A stretch of DNA of 64,000 nt from Planktothrix sp. GU0601_MAG3 (GTDB lineage: Bacteria > Cyanobacteriota > Cyanobacteriia > Cyanobacteriales > Microcoleaceae), in NCBI GenBank assembly GCA_035193785.1, contig CP136572.1, forward strand, positions 896,001 to 960,000, given 5' to 3'. The position numbers and the translations under genes are program-made. Positions 55,595 through 64,000 of this stretch are shown piece after piece. Under the pieces are notes generated by a model, which saw only the letters and a list, made by a program, of their open reading frames with translations, did no database searches and had not been told where the DNA came from. Within the stretch, counting starts at the first letter, position 1. Every line of letters starts with the position of its first letter.

Positions 55595-55919
55595 AATGAT
55601 CCTCCTGAGTTGGTTTTGATAAAAAATGATCGAGGGGCAAAATTTTCTTCCCTGCTGAGGTCTATCTAATGCTGAGTTTGGACTTGGGGCTGATTAAGAC
55701 AATTTTCTGGGGCAATTTCGGGGTGTCATCTTTCAGTATAGCATTTTACAAATCGCTTGAAACTGCTTACAACTCTTTCCCTATAACTCTTTAGATTTAT
55801 TCAAAAAAATATAAACTAATGCAGCTAATTCAATCTAAAAGTGATTTTGCTGCATTATATTGAAATATTGTTACATATTAATTCACAAAAATTAATCAAG
55901 TTATGCCAGAACAAAGGCT

Positions 55920-56714
55920 CTACTGATTTAAAATTAACTGCATTAATCCCGGGAATAATCGATAGGTTTCTGTTGCTAATAGGGCTGGGCCCACCACGAC
56001 TTCCGCTTGTTTTTTCTCCACCGCATTCCAAATCGCTTGGGCAATATCTTCTGGTTGACTCACCCAAGTTGAAGCTAAAACTGAGTCCAAGCGTTGACGC
56101 AATTGTTCAATTTCTAACTCATCTTCCCCGCGAAATTGTGCTCTTTCTAGGAAATTACTATTAATAATACCCGGATGAACAGCACAGACATGAATGTCTT
56201 TTTTTTGTAGTTCTAACCTCAAGGATTCTGTGAGTCCCGTCACCGCATATTTACTCGCACAATAGGCCGCCATTTGGGGTAGGGGCATTTTTCCCACAAA
56301 GGAACCAACATTTACAATTGTCCCATGTTTTTGTTTCAATAAATGGGGTAATACTGTATGAATCATATTTACATAACCAAAGAAGTTTGTATTCATTAAT
56401 TTATGCCAATCTTCTAAGGTGGTATGTTCCACAGATGCACTTAAACAAATTCCGGCATTATTGATTAAAACATCGATACTTTCATAATAATCTAAGGATT
56501 GATTAACTAGATATTTAACCTGTTCAATATCAGTAACATCCGTCGGAATTGCTACGGTAGAAACCCCCAAAGATAAAACTTCATTTGCCAGGGCTTCTAA
56601 ACGTTCCGGTTCCCGGGCAGCTAAGATAACATTGTAGCCTTTTTTTGCAAATAATAAAGCCGTTGCTTTACCAGTTCCTTGAGACGCGCCCGTAATCAAA
56701 ACTGTTGATGTCAT
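55920..56714 (-). CDS. SDR family oxidoreductase
   Basis: TGASQGTG, NNAG, YCASK. Confidence 0.92.
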   Translation of the reverse strand: MTSTVLITGASQGTGKATALLFAKKGYNVILAAREPERLEALANEVLSLGVSTVAIPTDVTDIEQVKYLVNQSLDYYESIDVLINNAGICLSASVEHTTLEDWHKLMNTNFFGYVNMIHTVLPHLLKQKHGTIVNVGSFVGKMPLPQMAAYCASKYAVTGLTESLRLELQKKDIHVCAVHPGIINSNFLERAQFRGEDELEIEQLRQRLDSVLASTWVSQPEDIAQAIWNAVEKKQAEVVVGPALLATETYRLFPGLMQLILNQ

Positions 56715-56764
56715 AATAGAAGCAATCCTATAAGAATGGGGAATGGGTAATAAACTAATAACTG

Positions 56765-56826
56765 GTACGGGCGGGTTATTTTAGATATGAGTTAATCACC
56801 GCGCATCTTGATGAACCCGCCCCTAC
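56765..56826. repeat. REP-like inverted repeat GTACGGGCGGGTT...AACCCGCCCCTAC
   Basis: 13-bp arms with about 36-bp spacer. Confidence 0.7.
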
Positions 56827-56841
56827 AAATGATAACTGATT

Positions 56842-57372
56842 TTATCTTCTGTTATTACATTTACGCCGCTGACTTTCTATTGTGTAGTCTCGCGGAATGC
56901 TGTTTAAATTCATTCCGGGCCGGAAAATTGTGGCAGCATCCCAGAGTTTTGCTCCCGTTAAGTTGGCGCCAGAAAAATTAGTTCTCTCATCAATAATGGC
57001 TCCACTTAAGTCAGTTTTACTTAAATCAGCCCCACTTAAATCAGCCCCACTCAAGTTAGCATCAACAAAATTAGCAAAGGAGAAATTAGTTTTTCTCATG
57101 GTGCTATTGGAGAGGTTTGCACAGGTGAAAAACGCCCCTCGGAAGTTGGCATTATTAAAGTTAGAATTGCTCAAATTAGCTTGTCTAAGTTGAGCACTAA
57201 CCCGGCTTTGATTGCTTAAATTAGACCCTTGCAAATTACAGCCTTGACAGGAGCGAGCATTACCTTTTAAAAAAACGTCTGGGTCGTTTGTATTGAATTG
57301 AGCCATGGTTGGGGCTACAAAAACAACGGGTGTAAACAAAGCCACAAATGCCCAAAATTTATATTTTTTCAT
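56842..57372 (-). CDS. Secreted pentapeptide repeat protein
   Basis: Signal peptide, CQGCNL, A(D/N)LSx repeats. Confidence 0.9.
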   Translation of the reverse strand: MKKYKFWAFVALFTPVVFVAPTMAQFNTNDPDVFLKGNARSCQGCNLQGSNLSNQSRVSAQLRQANLSNSNFNNANFRGAFFTCANLSNSTMRKTNFSFANFVDANLSGADLSGADLSKTDLSGAIIDERTNFSGANLTGAKLWDAATIFRPGMNLNSIPRDYTIESQRRKCNNRR

Positions 57373-57528
57373 GGTTGATTATTAGTGATTTTATAGCTTA
57401 ATTAATAACATATAAAATCAATTCTGTCAATATTGAAAGATTGTTTTCTCAATATTCAGAACTCGATACTTATTTGATGAACTTGATGAAATAATACCGA
57501 TTGAATTTTGGTTGTACATAATAATAAA

Positions 57529-58447
57529 TTAATGGGATTGCGGATCTAAAGCATCCCTTAAACCATCTCCTACCGCGTTAATACTCAAAACCGTTAAAAA
57601 AATTGCCAACCCGGGAAATAAAGCTAAATAGGGGGCGGTTTCTAAATAATTTTGAGCATCATAAAGCATTCTTCCCCAGGTGGGAACATCGGGGGGAAAT
57701 CCTAATCCTAAAAAGCTTAAAGTTGATTCTGTAATAATCGCAGTTCCCACCGCTAAAGTCGCTGCTACAATTACCGGACTCAAAACATTAGGAAGAATAT
57801 GTACCCAAATTAATCGCTTAGAAGACGCACCAATGGCTTTAGCTGCGGTGACAAAATCCTGTTCTTTTGTGGTGAGAAAACTCGCCCGCACTAATCGCGC
57901 CACCGACATCCAATTTAACCCACCAACTACTATAATAATTAATAGGAAAATACCGACTTCTGGCCCAACAATTTGTTTGATTGATTCCCGAAATAAATAG
58001 ATAACTAATAGTAGTACAGGTAATTGGGGAAGGGATATAAATAAATCCGTTAGTCGCATTAATAGACTATCAATTATTCCGCCATAAAATCCGGCGATCG
58101 CCCCCACTAATGTTCCTAATAAAATAGCTACCGCCATGGCTGCGACCCCAACGGTTAAAGAAACTCGTCCCCCAATTAATAAACGGGCTAATTGATCCTG
58201 TCCTAAATCATTAGTTTCCCAAAAGATGTTTTCCCGTTGGCGGAGAAAGGGAATTAACAAAATCAATTTCCGTCGGAGAAATCCCATAAACCCAAGGGCC
58301 AATAATCACAGATAAAATCATAAATCCTAAAATTATTAATCCTAAAAGGGCGATTTTATCCCGTTTAAATTGTCGCCATGCGGTCTGAATTAGAGTTTTA
58401 GATTGGCGGGTTTTAGAGGTTTTTTCGGCAGGTTGAGTTACTGTCAT
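57529..58447 (-). CDS. Peptide/nickel ABC transporter permease, DppC/OppC-like (frameshift ~58214)
   Basis: Repaired LGTNDLGQD; ARLVRA; EAA-type loop AAKAIGAS; LSFLGLG. Confidence 0.92.
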
Positions 58448-58456
58448 AATTAATAA

Positions 58457-59413
58457 TTAATATTGAACTCTAGGATCTAAAAATCCATATAAAATATCGG
58501 CAAATAGATTAAAAATTACTACTAAAATTGCATAAACCATCGTAATTCCCATAATAACTGGGGTATCACTGCGAAAAATTGAATCAATTAATAACGCCCC
58601 AATCCCAGGAATTCTAAACACCTGTTCGGTAACTAATGATCCAGCAAATAAACCAGGAATTTGTAAAGCAATTAAGGTCACAACTGGAATTAAAGCATTT
58701 CTTAAAATATGACCATTAATTACATTCAATTTTGGTAAACCTTTAGCGTAAGCAGTGCGAACATAATTTTGATTCAACTGTTCTAGGAAGGAAGAACGAA
58801 TAAACCGCATTAAAATCGCAGCTTGATAAAATCCTAACACAGAAATGGGCATAATAGACTGTTGGATTTGTTGCCAAAATGTTTGTAAATTGGTTACTTT
58901 TAAGGTACTATTATAAATAAAAGGAAGCCATTTAAGTTGAACACTGAAAATAATAATAAACAGTAACCCGGTAAAAAATGTGGGTAAGGAAAACCCAATA
59001 AAGGAAACCGTTGTGATGATTTGGTCTAAAACCGAATAGCGTTTTAAAGCCGAAATAATCCCAAAAGGAAAAGCGATTAAAACCGCTAAAATATAGGCTA
59101 CACCCATAATCCAAAGGGTTGTGGGTAAACGTTGTAAAATTAAATCTAAAACCGGGCTACGACTGGTAAAAGAATAACCTAGATCTCCTTGTAAAAATGC
59201 CCAAATCCATTTTAAATACCGGATGGGAATAGGTTGATCTAAACCTAGCGATCGCCTAATATTTTCTCGCACTTCGGGGGTAATAGAAGGATTATTAGCA
59301 AATTCTCCCATGGGATTACCCGGGGCTAATGCTAGGATTAAAAATACTACAATACTAATAGCTATTAGGGTGGGAATAGAGGTGAGAATCCGGTTGATTA
59401 GGTATCGGGTCAT
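58457..59413 (-). CDS. Peptide/nickel ABC transporter permease, DppB/OppB-like
   Basis: GDLGYS, YVRTAYAKGL, HILRNALIP. Confidence 0.92.
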   Translation of the reverse strand: MTRYLINRILTSIPTLIAISIVVFLILALAPGNPMGEFANNPSITPEVRENIRRSLGLDQPIPIRYLKWIWAFLQGDLGYSFTSRSPVLDLILQRLPTTLWIMGVAYILAVLIAFPFGIISALKRYSVLDQIITTVSFIGFSLPTFFTGLLFIIIFSVQLKWLPFIYNSTLKVTNLQTFWQQIQQSIMPISVLGFYQAAILMRFIRSSFLEQLNQNYVRTAYAKGLPKLNVINGHILRNALIPVVTLIALQIPGLFAGSLVTEQVFRIPGIGALLIDSIFRSDTPVIMGITMVYAILVVIFNLFADILYGFLDPRVQY

Positions 59414-59438
59414 GTTTAATAATAATAAAATAAAAGAT

Positions 59439-59470
59439 AGCCCTAAAGGGCTTACTACGGGGCTTACTAC
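59439..59470 (-). repeat. GTAG-type REP-like unit with partial duplication; its GTAG supplies the upstream gene's stop codon
   Basis: AGCCCTAAAGGGCTTACTACGGGGCTTACTAC; TAG stop at 59467-59469. Confidence 0.65.
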
Positions 59471-61202
59471 GGGGTCTTTTTCCAATCTTTGATATTCCAG
59501 ACGGTTAAATCCCAAGGGGTTAAGTTTACGCCTGTTAAATTCTGATTGACTCCTGCCACTTCCGCCCGATGAATTAGGGGAATCACAATATAATTATTCA
59601 CCAACATATCATTCATTTTAATCCAGATTTGTTTTTGTTTTTCCGGGTTAATTTCAGTGGTTGCTTGTTTCCAAAGGGCATCATATTCTGGATTACAATA
59701 GCGAGAAAAATTATCCCCTGTCCAATTATTCGCTTTCTGCGGAATTTGAGTGCAGGTATAGGTTTTCAAATAGGCGGTGGGATCGGGATTCGTATTTCCG
59801 GTACTAAATAATTGTAAATCCGCCACAAATCTTTCTGTGGTATCGGGATTAGCAGGATCACCGGAAAAATATACACTCGGATCAATACTTTTTAGTTCTA
59901 CTTTCATACCCAATTGTTTCTAAGGATTGTTTAATCACTTCTTGGGTTTTTTGCCGTAAAGGATTAACGGAAGTTTGAAAAACTAAGTTCATTTCTACCC
60001 CATTTTTATCTCGAATCCCGTTATTATTAGTATCTTTCCATCCGGCTTCATCTAATAATTTTGCGGCTTTTTCTAAATTAAATTGATAGGTAGTATTGGG
60101 AGAAACAACTTGAGAAGGATTGACCACAAAATTAGTAGTAGGTTGTCCTAAAATTCCATAGAGTTGATTAGCAATAATCTCTCGATTGATCGCTAAACTT
60201 AAAGCCTGACGGACTTTAGGATCACTAAAGAAAGGATGGGGGAATTTTAAACTCGATCTTTCTCCATCGGGTGTAATTTTATTCGGATCGGTTTGATTAA
60301 TTATAATCCGTTCCATTAATGCCCCAAAATTAGAAATAACCTTCCCTTTTCCCGCCGCTTCTAAGGGTTTTAAAACATTAGATTCTACCTGAAGATTATA
60401 GGCATAATCCGCATCTCCCGTCTGTAAAACTGCCCTAGCTGCGGAGGCTGCATCGCCTCCTCCTTTGAGTTCTAGCCGTTCAAATCCTAACTGTTTAGCT
60501 TCTCTAAAATTGGGGTTTGCTTCATAAACAACCACATCCCCAGGTTTAAATTCTACCACTCGATAGGCCCCGGTTCCTACGGGTTTTAAATTACCAGGTG
60601 CTTGTCGGGAATTTTCCCCATTATAATCTTCAAAAATATGACGAGGTAAAATCATTCCTTCGGTTTCCCACAAACACCGAATGCCATCCCGGTGTTACGG
60701 ATTTAAAGTTAATTTTTACGGTATGACTATCAATTTTTTCAATATTTTTAATAATTTCATACGTCCCGGATGTAGTAGTCCCAACTTTAGGATTACTAAT
60801 AAATTCATAAGTAAAAATAACATCATCGGCGGTAAAGGGTTTCCCATCCGACCAATTAACATTTTTTTTCAGTTTCCAAGTCACGGATTTACCGTCCTTA
60901 GCAACTCCTCCATTTTTTAAACTAGGAATTTCTGCGGCTAAGAAAGGGACTAATTCTAATTGATTATTAAAACTAGCCAGGGGTTCTAAAGTAATTCGAC
61001 TAGCTTCGGAATCTTTGAACCCCGTTGATAAATGGGGATTGAGAATAGTTGGGGCTTGCCAATATAATAATTTTAGGGTTTTTTCTGCGGGTTGTTGATT
61101 AGAATTAGTTGGATTTGTGGGGGTAGAATTTGGGGAAGATCCACAGGAACTTAGGGTTAAACTAATCAGAGAAATTAACAGAGAAAATTTATAAAAATTC
61201 AT
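59467..61202 (-). CDS. Peptide ABC transporter substrate-binding lipoprotein, family 5 (frameshifts ~60663 and ~59916)
   Basis: LSSC lipobox, WSDGKPFTADDVIFT, PVGTGAY, LDEAGW. Confidence 0.92.
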
Positions 61203-61270
61203 AGAAATTATAGAAAAGGGCGGTCTCATTCTGTACTGATTATGTTTCACAAAGATTTCAGGAGAAAACC

Positions 61271-61370
61271 GTTGTGAGGCATTTATGCTTTTATTCTGGA
61301 ATCTTGTTAATTCTATTACCGTAGTGAGGCATTTATGCCTTTATTACCCAATTTCGTTAATTTTATTACA
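61271..61370 (+). repeat. Imperfect 2x50-bp tandem duplication, each copy starting with a GT(T/A)GTGAGGCATTTATGC hairpin
   Basis: Copies at 61271-61320 and 61321-61370 in a divergent intergenic region. Confidence 0.75.
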
Positions 61371-61437
61371 AAATTTTACAGAAACACCGATTATACTTGA
61401 CAAAAGCATAACATTTTGCATTGCGAGGACTATCAAT

Positions 61438-61880
61438 ATGGGTCTTATCCGCCAAGTTGAAGTTCGTAGACTAAACTCGATCAGGTCTGGGATGGTTGAA
61501 TTTTTCACCCCCCAGACCAGCGACGAAACAATGATGGTATACAGGTCGAAGCAGGTGCGGTAGAGAAGTTATTTGTCCATCGTTTTCAAACTGATCAATT
61601 ATTGGTCGTCCGGGGTCAATTTGTCCTGGTGATTTTACAAAATCGTCAATATCGTTATATTCCTTTGAGTGATCGGGCTCCAACCGTGGTTAAAATTCCC
61701 CCAGGAGTTCCTCACGGCGCAATTAATCTAGGCACAGAAGACTGTTTAATGGTGAATGCGGTGTTGCGACATGGAGAACCCCATGAACGAGATTATCGCC
61801 CCTTAAACCCGCCTTTCTCCTACAATTTAGTCGCTGTAAAACGGGCTTTAGAAAGTTTAGATTATCCCTTGACAGCTTAA
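61438..61880 (+). CDS. Cupin-fold protein (dTDP-4-dehydrorhamnose 3,5-epimerase-like); 2-nt frameshift ~61538
   Basis: Repaired ETMMVQVEAGAVEKLFVHRFQTDQLLVVRG...IPPGVPHGAIN. Confidence 0.7.
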
Positions 61881-61962
61881 TTTTAAAATCATCTTATATC
61901 AATATAGGATACAGTAATTTTGTATCCTATATTAATATTAGCGATCGCAATTATTTAAAACC

Positions 61963-62196
61963 TTGGCACTCTTAAAAATTAAAGTTAAACCCAATTCTAA
62001 ACAACAGGCTTTCCATGAAGAATTGGATGGAAGTTTTACCGTCCATCTGAAATCTCCCCCAGTCGAAGGAAAAGCCAATCAAGAATTAATTAAATTTTTA
62101 GCCAAACACCTAGGAGTCCCCAAATCCCAAATTACAATTAAATCTGGCCGATCCTCCCGCCATAAATTTGTAGAAGTTCCCGACGTTAAGCCCTAG
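61963..62196 (+). CDS. DUF167/YggU family protein
   Basis: [22 protein letters not shown]. Confidence 0.9.
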   Translation: MALLKIKVKPNSKQQAFHEELDGSFTVHLKSPPVEGKANQELIKFLAKHLGVPKSQITIKSGRSSRHKFVEVPDVKP

Positions 62197-62240
62197 TATA
62201 ATAGATGAGTAGACATCATTAATTTTCAGTATTTTTGCTA

Positions 62241-62504
62241 ATGGATGCGTTTCAACCCACCCCTCCAGATTGGACAACCGATGCAATTCACGCTTCCGAG
62301 TTTTCTTGTCCCGAATGTTCCGCGAGTAGTTTAGAAGCCCAACAGGTTTGGATTAACCGTCGTTCTCCAGTTTACAGCGAAAATAACCGTCGCCAATGGC
62401 AGGAATTTTATGTCTGTCAATGTGGCTGCGTTTGGTGGGCTTGGAGTAGCGATCGCCCCCCTTCCCATCTTGTTTCCCAACCTAACACAGATCAAAATCC
62501 GTAA
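62241..62504 (+). CDS. Small Cys-rich putative zinc-binding protein
   Basis: CPEC...WINRRSPV...WQEFYVCQCGCVWWAWSSDRPP. Confidence 0.75.
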   Translation: MDAFQPTPPDWTTDAIHASEFSCPECSASSLEAQQVWINRRSPVYSENNRRQWQEFYVCQCGCVWWAWSSDRPPSHLVSQPNTDQNP

Positions 62505-62759
62505 AATCCTCTTAAACAGGAATTTTACGCCTGTCAATGTAGCTGCGTTTGGTGGACTTGGAGTAACGATCACCCCCCTTCCCATCTGGTTTCTCAACCT
62601 AACACAGAGCAAAATCCATGAAATCCTCTTAAACAGGAATTTTACGCCTGTCAATGTAGCTGCGTTTGGTGGACTTGGAGTAACGATCACCCCCCTTCCC
62701 ATCTTGTTTCTCAACCTAACACAGATCAAAATCCGTGAAATCCGTGAAATCCTCTTAAA
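62400..62759 (+). repeat. Three tandem 117-bp copies of the 3' end of the upstream gene
   Basis: Copies start at 62400, 62517 and 62634 (CAGGAATTTTA...CCTCTTAAA); copy 3 has a 9-bp internal duplication. Confidence 0.95.
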
Positions 62760-62776
62760 TCCGTGATCCTAATTGC

Positions 62777-64000
62777 CTATTTTTCTTCTTGTAATAATTG
62801 CCAATCTCGAATTAACTCCTTAGACCACATCCAATTTTGAGATAATTCATTAGGTTCAAATTTATTAGGTGCTTCACTCATAACCTTACTACTAAATTTA
62901 ACCGCTTTACTCAACATAAACTCCTTTTCTTTACTCGGCAAAGTTTGAGCAAATCTCCACCAAACCAAGGAAATTCCCGCATAGGCATTTAACTTATCCT
63001 GCTGTTGAACTTGAGACTGGATATTATTAGCAGTTTCCAGGTGTTATTTTCCCTGATAAAGTAGGTTCCTCAACCTCTAAAACCTGTATCCAAACTTGAT
63101 AGGCACTTTCTAACTTTCCTTCGGTATAATAGGCAAAACCCAAGGCGTTTTTATACTTCATAGATTTAGGATTTTGTTGAACTGCCTTTGCCCAATGGCG
63201 TCGCACATCATCAATTTTATATTCCGTACTTCCCCGTTGAATAGATTGCCAAGCTAACCGACCATAGAGAAAATTAACAATAGGATGATTGAGATCCTGA
63301 ACCTGTACCGCCGCTAGGGCTGATTTTGCTTTTTGTAATGCTCCTCTATCTAATAATTCCGTCGTTGCTTCTTCTGCCGATAATAGATTTCTCCGATAAA
63401 ATTGTTCAACGGCAATTCCTAAGACATAATCAGTATTTGCTGTGTTTAAATCCGTGGCTTGAGGTTGATTCGTTAGAGAATTACCATGGCGCGTCTCTAC
63501 TAATTTTTTCGATTGTAAAGCCATATTTTGCCACCACAAAGCCCCAAAACCCAAGGGAATGAGCAAAAATGGTAAAACCCATAATAATCGTTTTCCCTTA
63601 AATAAATTAACGGCACTTAAACCCGATAAAAAGGTTTTAGAATCAGAGTTTAAAGACTTATTCGCAATAGTTTTTGACGGTGAATTTGAAGACACAAAGG
63701 GTATTTTTTCTGAGACTAAATCCGGTGTTAATTCTGTTTTTATTGGGGGATTTTCAACCTTTGATTTATTAAGAAAATCCCCAATAAAGTCAAGACCATC
63801 TGAATCATTATCCAAATTATCTTCACAAACAATATCATCTAACAGGTCTTCAATATTATCATCATTCATACTATCCCATTCGGATGATGATAGGGTTTTA
63901 GTGGTAGATTTTGGCCTCAAATCTTGTTCTGCTGGAGCAGAAGGCAAAGGTAAAAATTCCTGTTCTTCCAGAATCGAATTATTATGGTGACTCGCGGTTA
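62777..64000 (-). CDS. C-terminal part of a membrane-anchored TPR protein resembling HetF-type CHAT proteases (frameshift ~63033; 5' end outside the window)
   Basis: Frame open to window end; acidic linker, TM helix, GRLAWQ...IDDVRRHW...NALGFAYY, C-terminal NWMW...DWQLL; HetF likeness is from recall only. Confidence 0.6.

Larger units (their letters stand above)
1..64000. repeat. HIP1 octamer GCGATCGC dispersed across the window
   Basis: Many copies, e.g. 45-52, ~909, ~1706, ~3037, ~8682, ~13758, ~19182, ~27248, ~62449; hallmark of many cyanobacteria. Confidence 0.95.

Noticed and set aside
62400..62759. CRISPR array or DGR template/variable repeat
   Set aside because: Units are contiguous with no unique spacers, there is no cas or reverse transcriptase gene in the window, and differences are not restricted to template adenines
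62331..62766. ORFs 62331..62729 and 62410..62766
   Set aside because: Alternative-frame read-through of the in-frame 117-bp repeat
281..63947. Mass pseudogenisation or programmed frameshifting of about 28 genes
   Set aside because: Affected genes include core ones and are otherwise intact. Every break but one is the same +1 in GAAC/GTTC, on either strand and also in non-coding DNA, which points to a systematic read error.
1..64000. tRNA, rRNA or known riboswitch genes
   Set aside because: No recognisable consensus seen by eye; a covariance-model search is needed to exclude them fully

Overview
64 kb of AT-rich chromosomal DNA from a filamentous cyanobacterium. HIP1 octamer GCGATCGC is frequent, 7-mer and 9-mer tandem repeats are abundant, and there are GTAG-type REP palindromes; an Oscillatoriales/Planktothrix-like origin is my inference. 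The window is mostly housekeeping genes (pyrB, tilS, accB, efp, ftrV, tldD, comB, dacB, purU, wecB, ldhA, cph1-rcp1, a peptide ABC transporter). It also holds a FabH/epimerase/MBL/glycosyltransferase lipid cluster split by an HTH-NB-ARC-TPR gene, and a Crp/LysR/APC/MgtC/CadD transport-regulation block. Main observations: (1) 29 of the 30 frameshifts I found are repaired by removing one base from GAAAC/GTTTC to restore GAAC/GTTC, the canonical Dnd phosphorothioate motif. This suggests a DNA-modification footprint in the base calls rather than real pseudogenes. (2) A PatX-like HRGSGR peptide gene is followed by a hidden paralogue ending PKRGDGRRDS, each behind a DIF1-like (T/A)CCGGA-N17/18-GTA promoter. 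(3) A DUF3102-RusA fusion carries a REP-derived in-frame linker. (4) A multi-level nest of miniature mobile elements has recognisable TSDs. (5) A gene 3' end is triplicated in 117-bp units. I recognised no tRNA, rRNA, CRISPR array or transposase gene. Family names come from motif recognition, not database searches.
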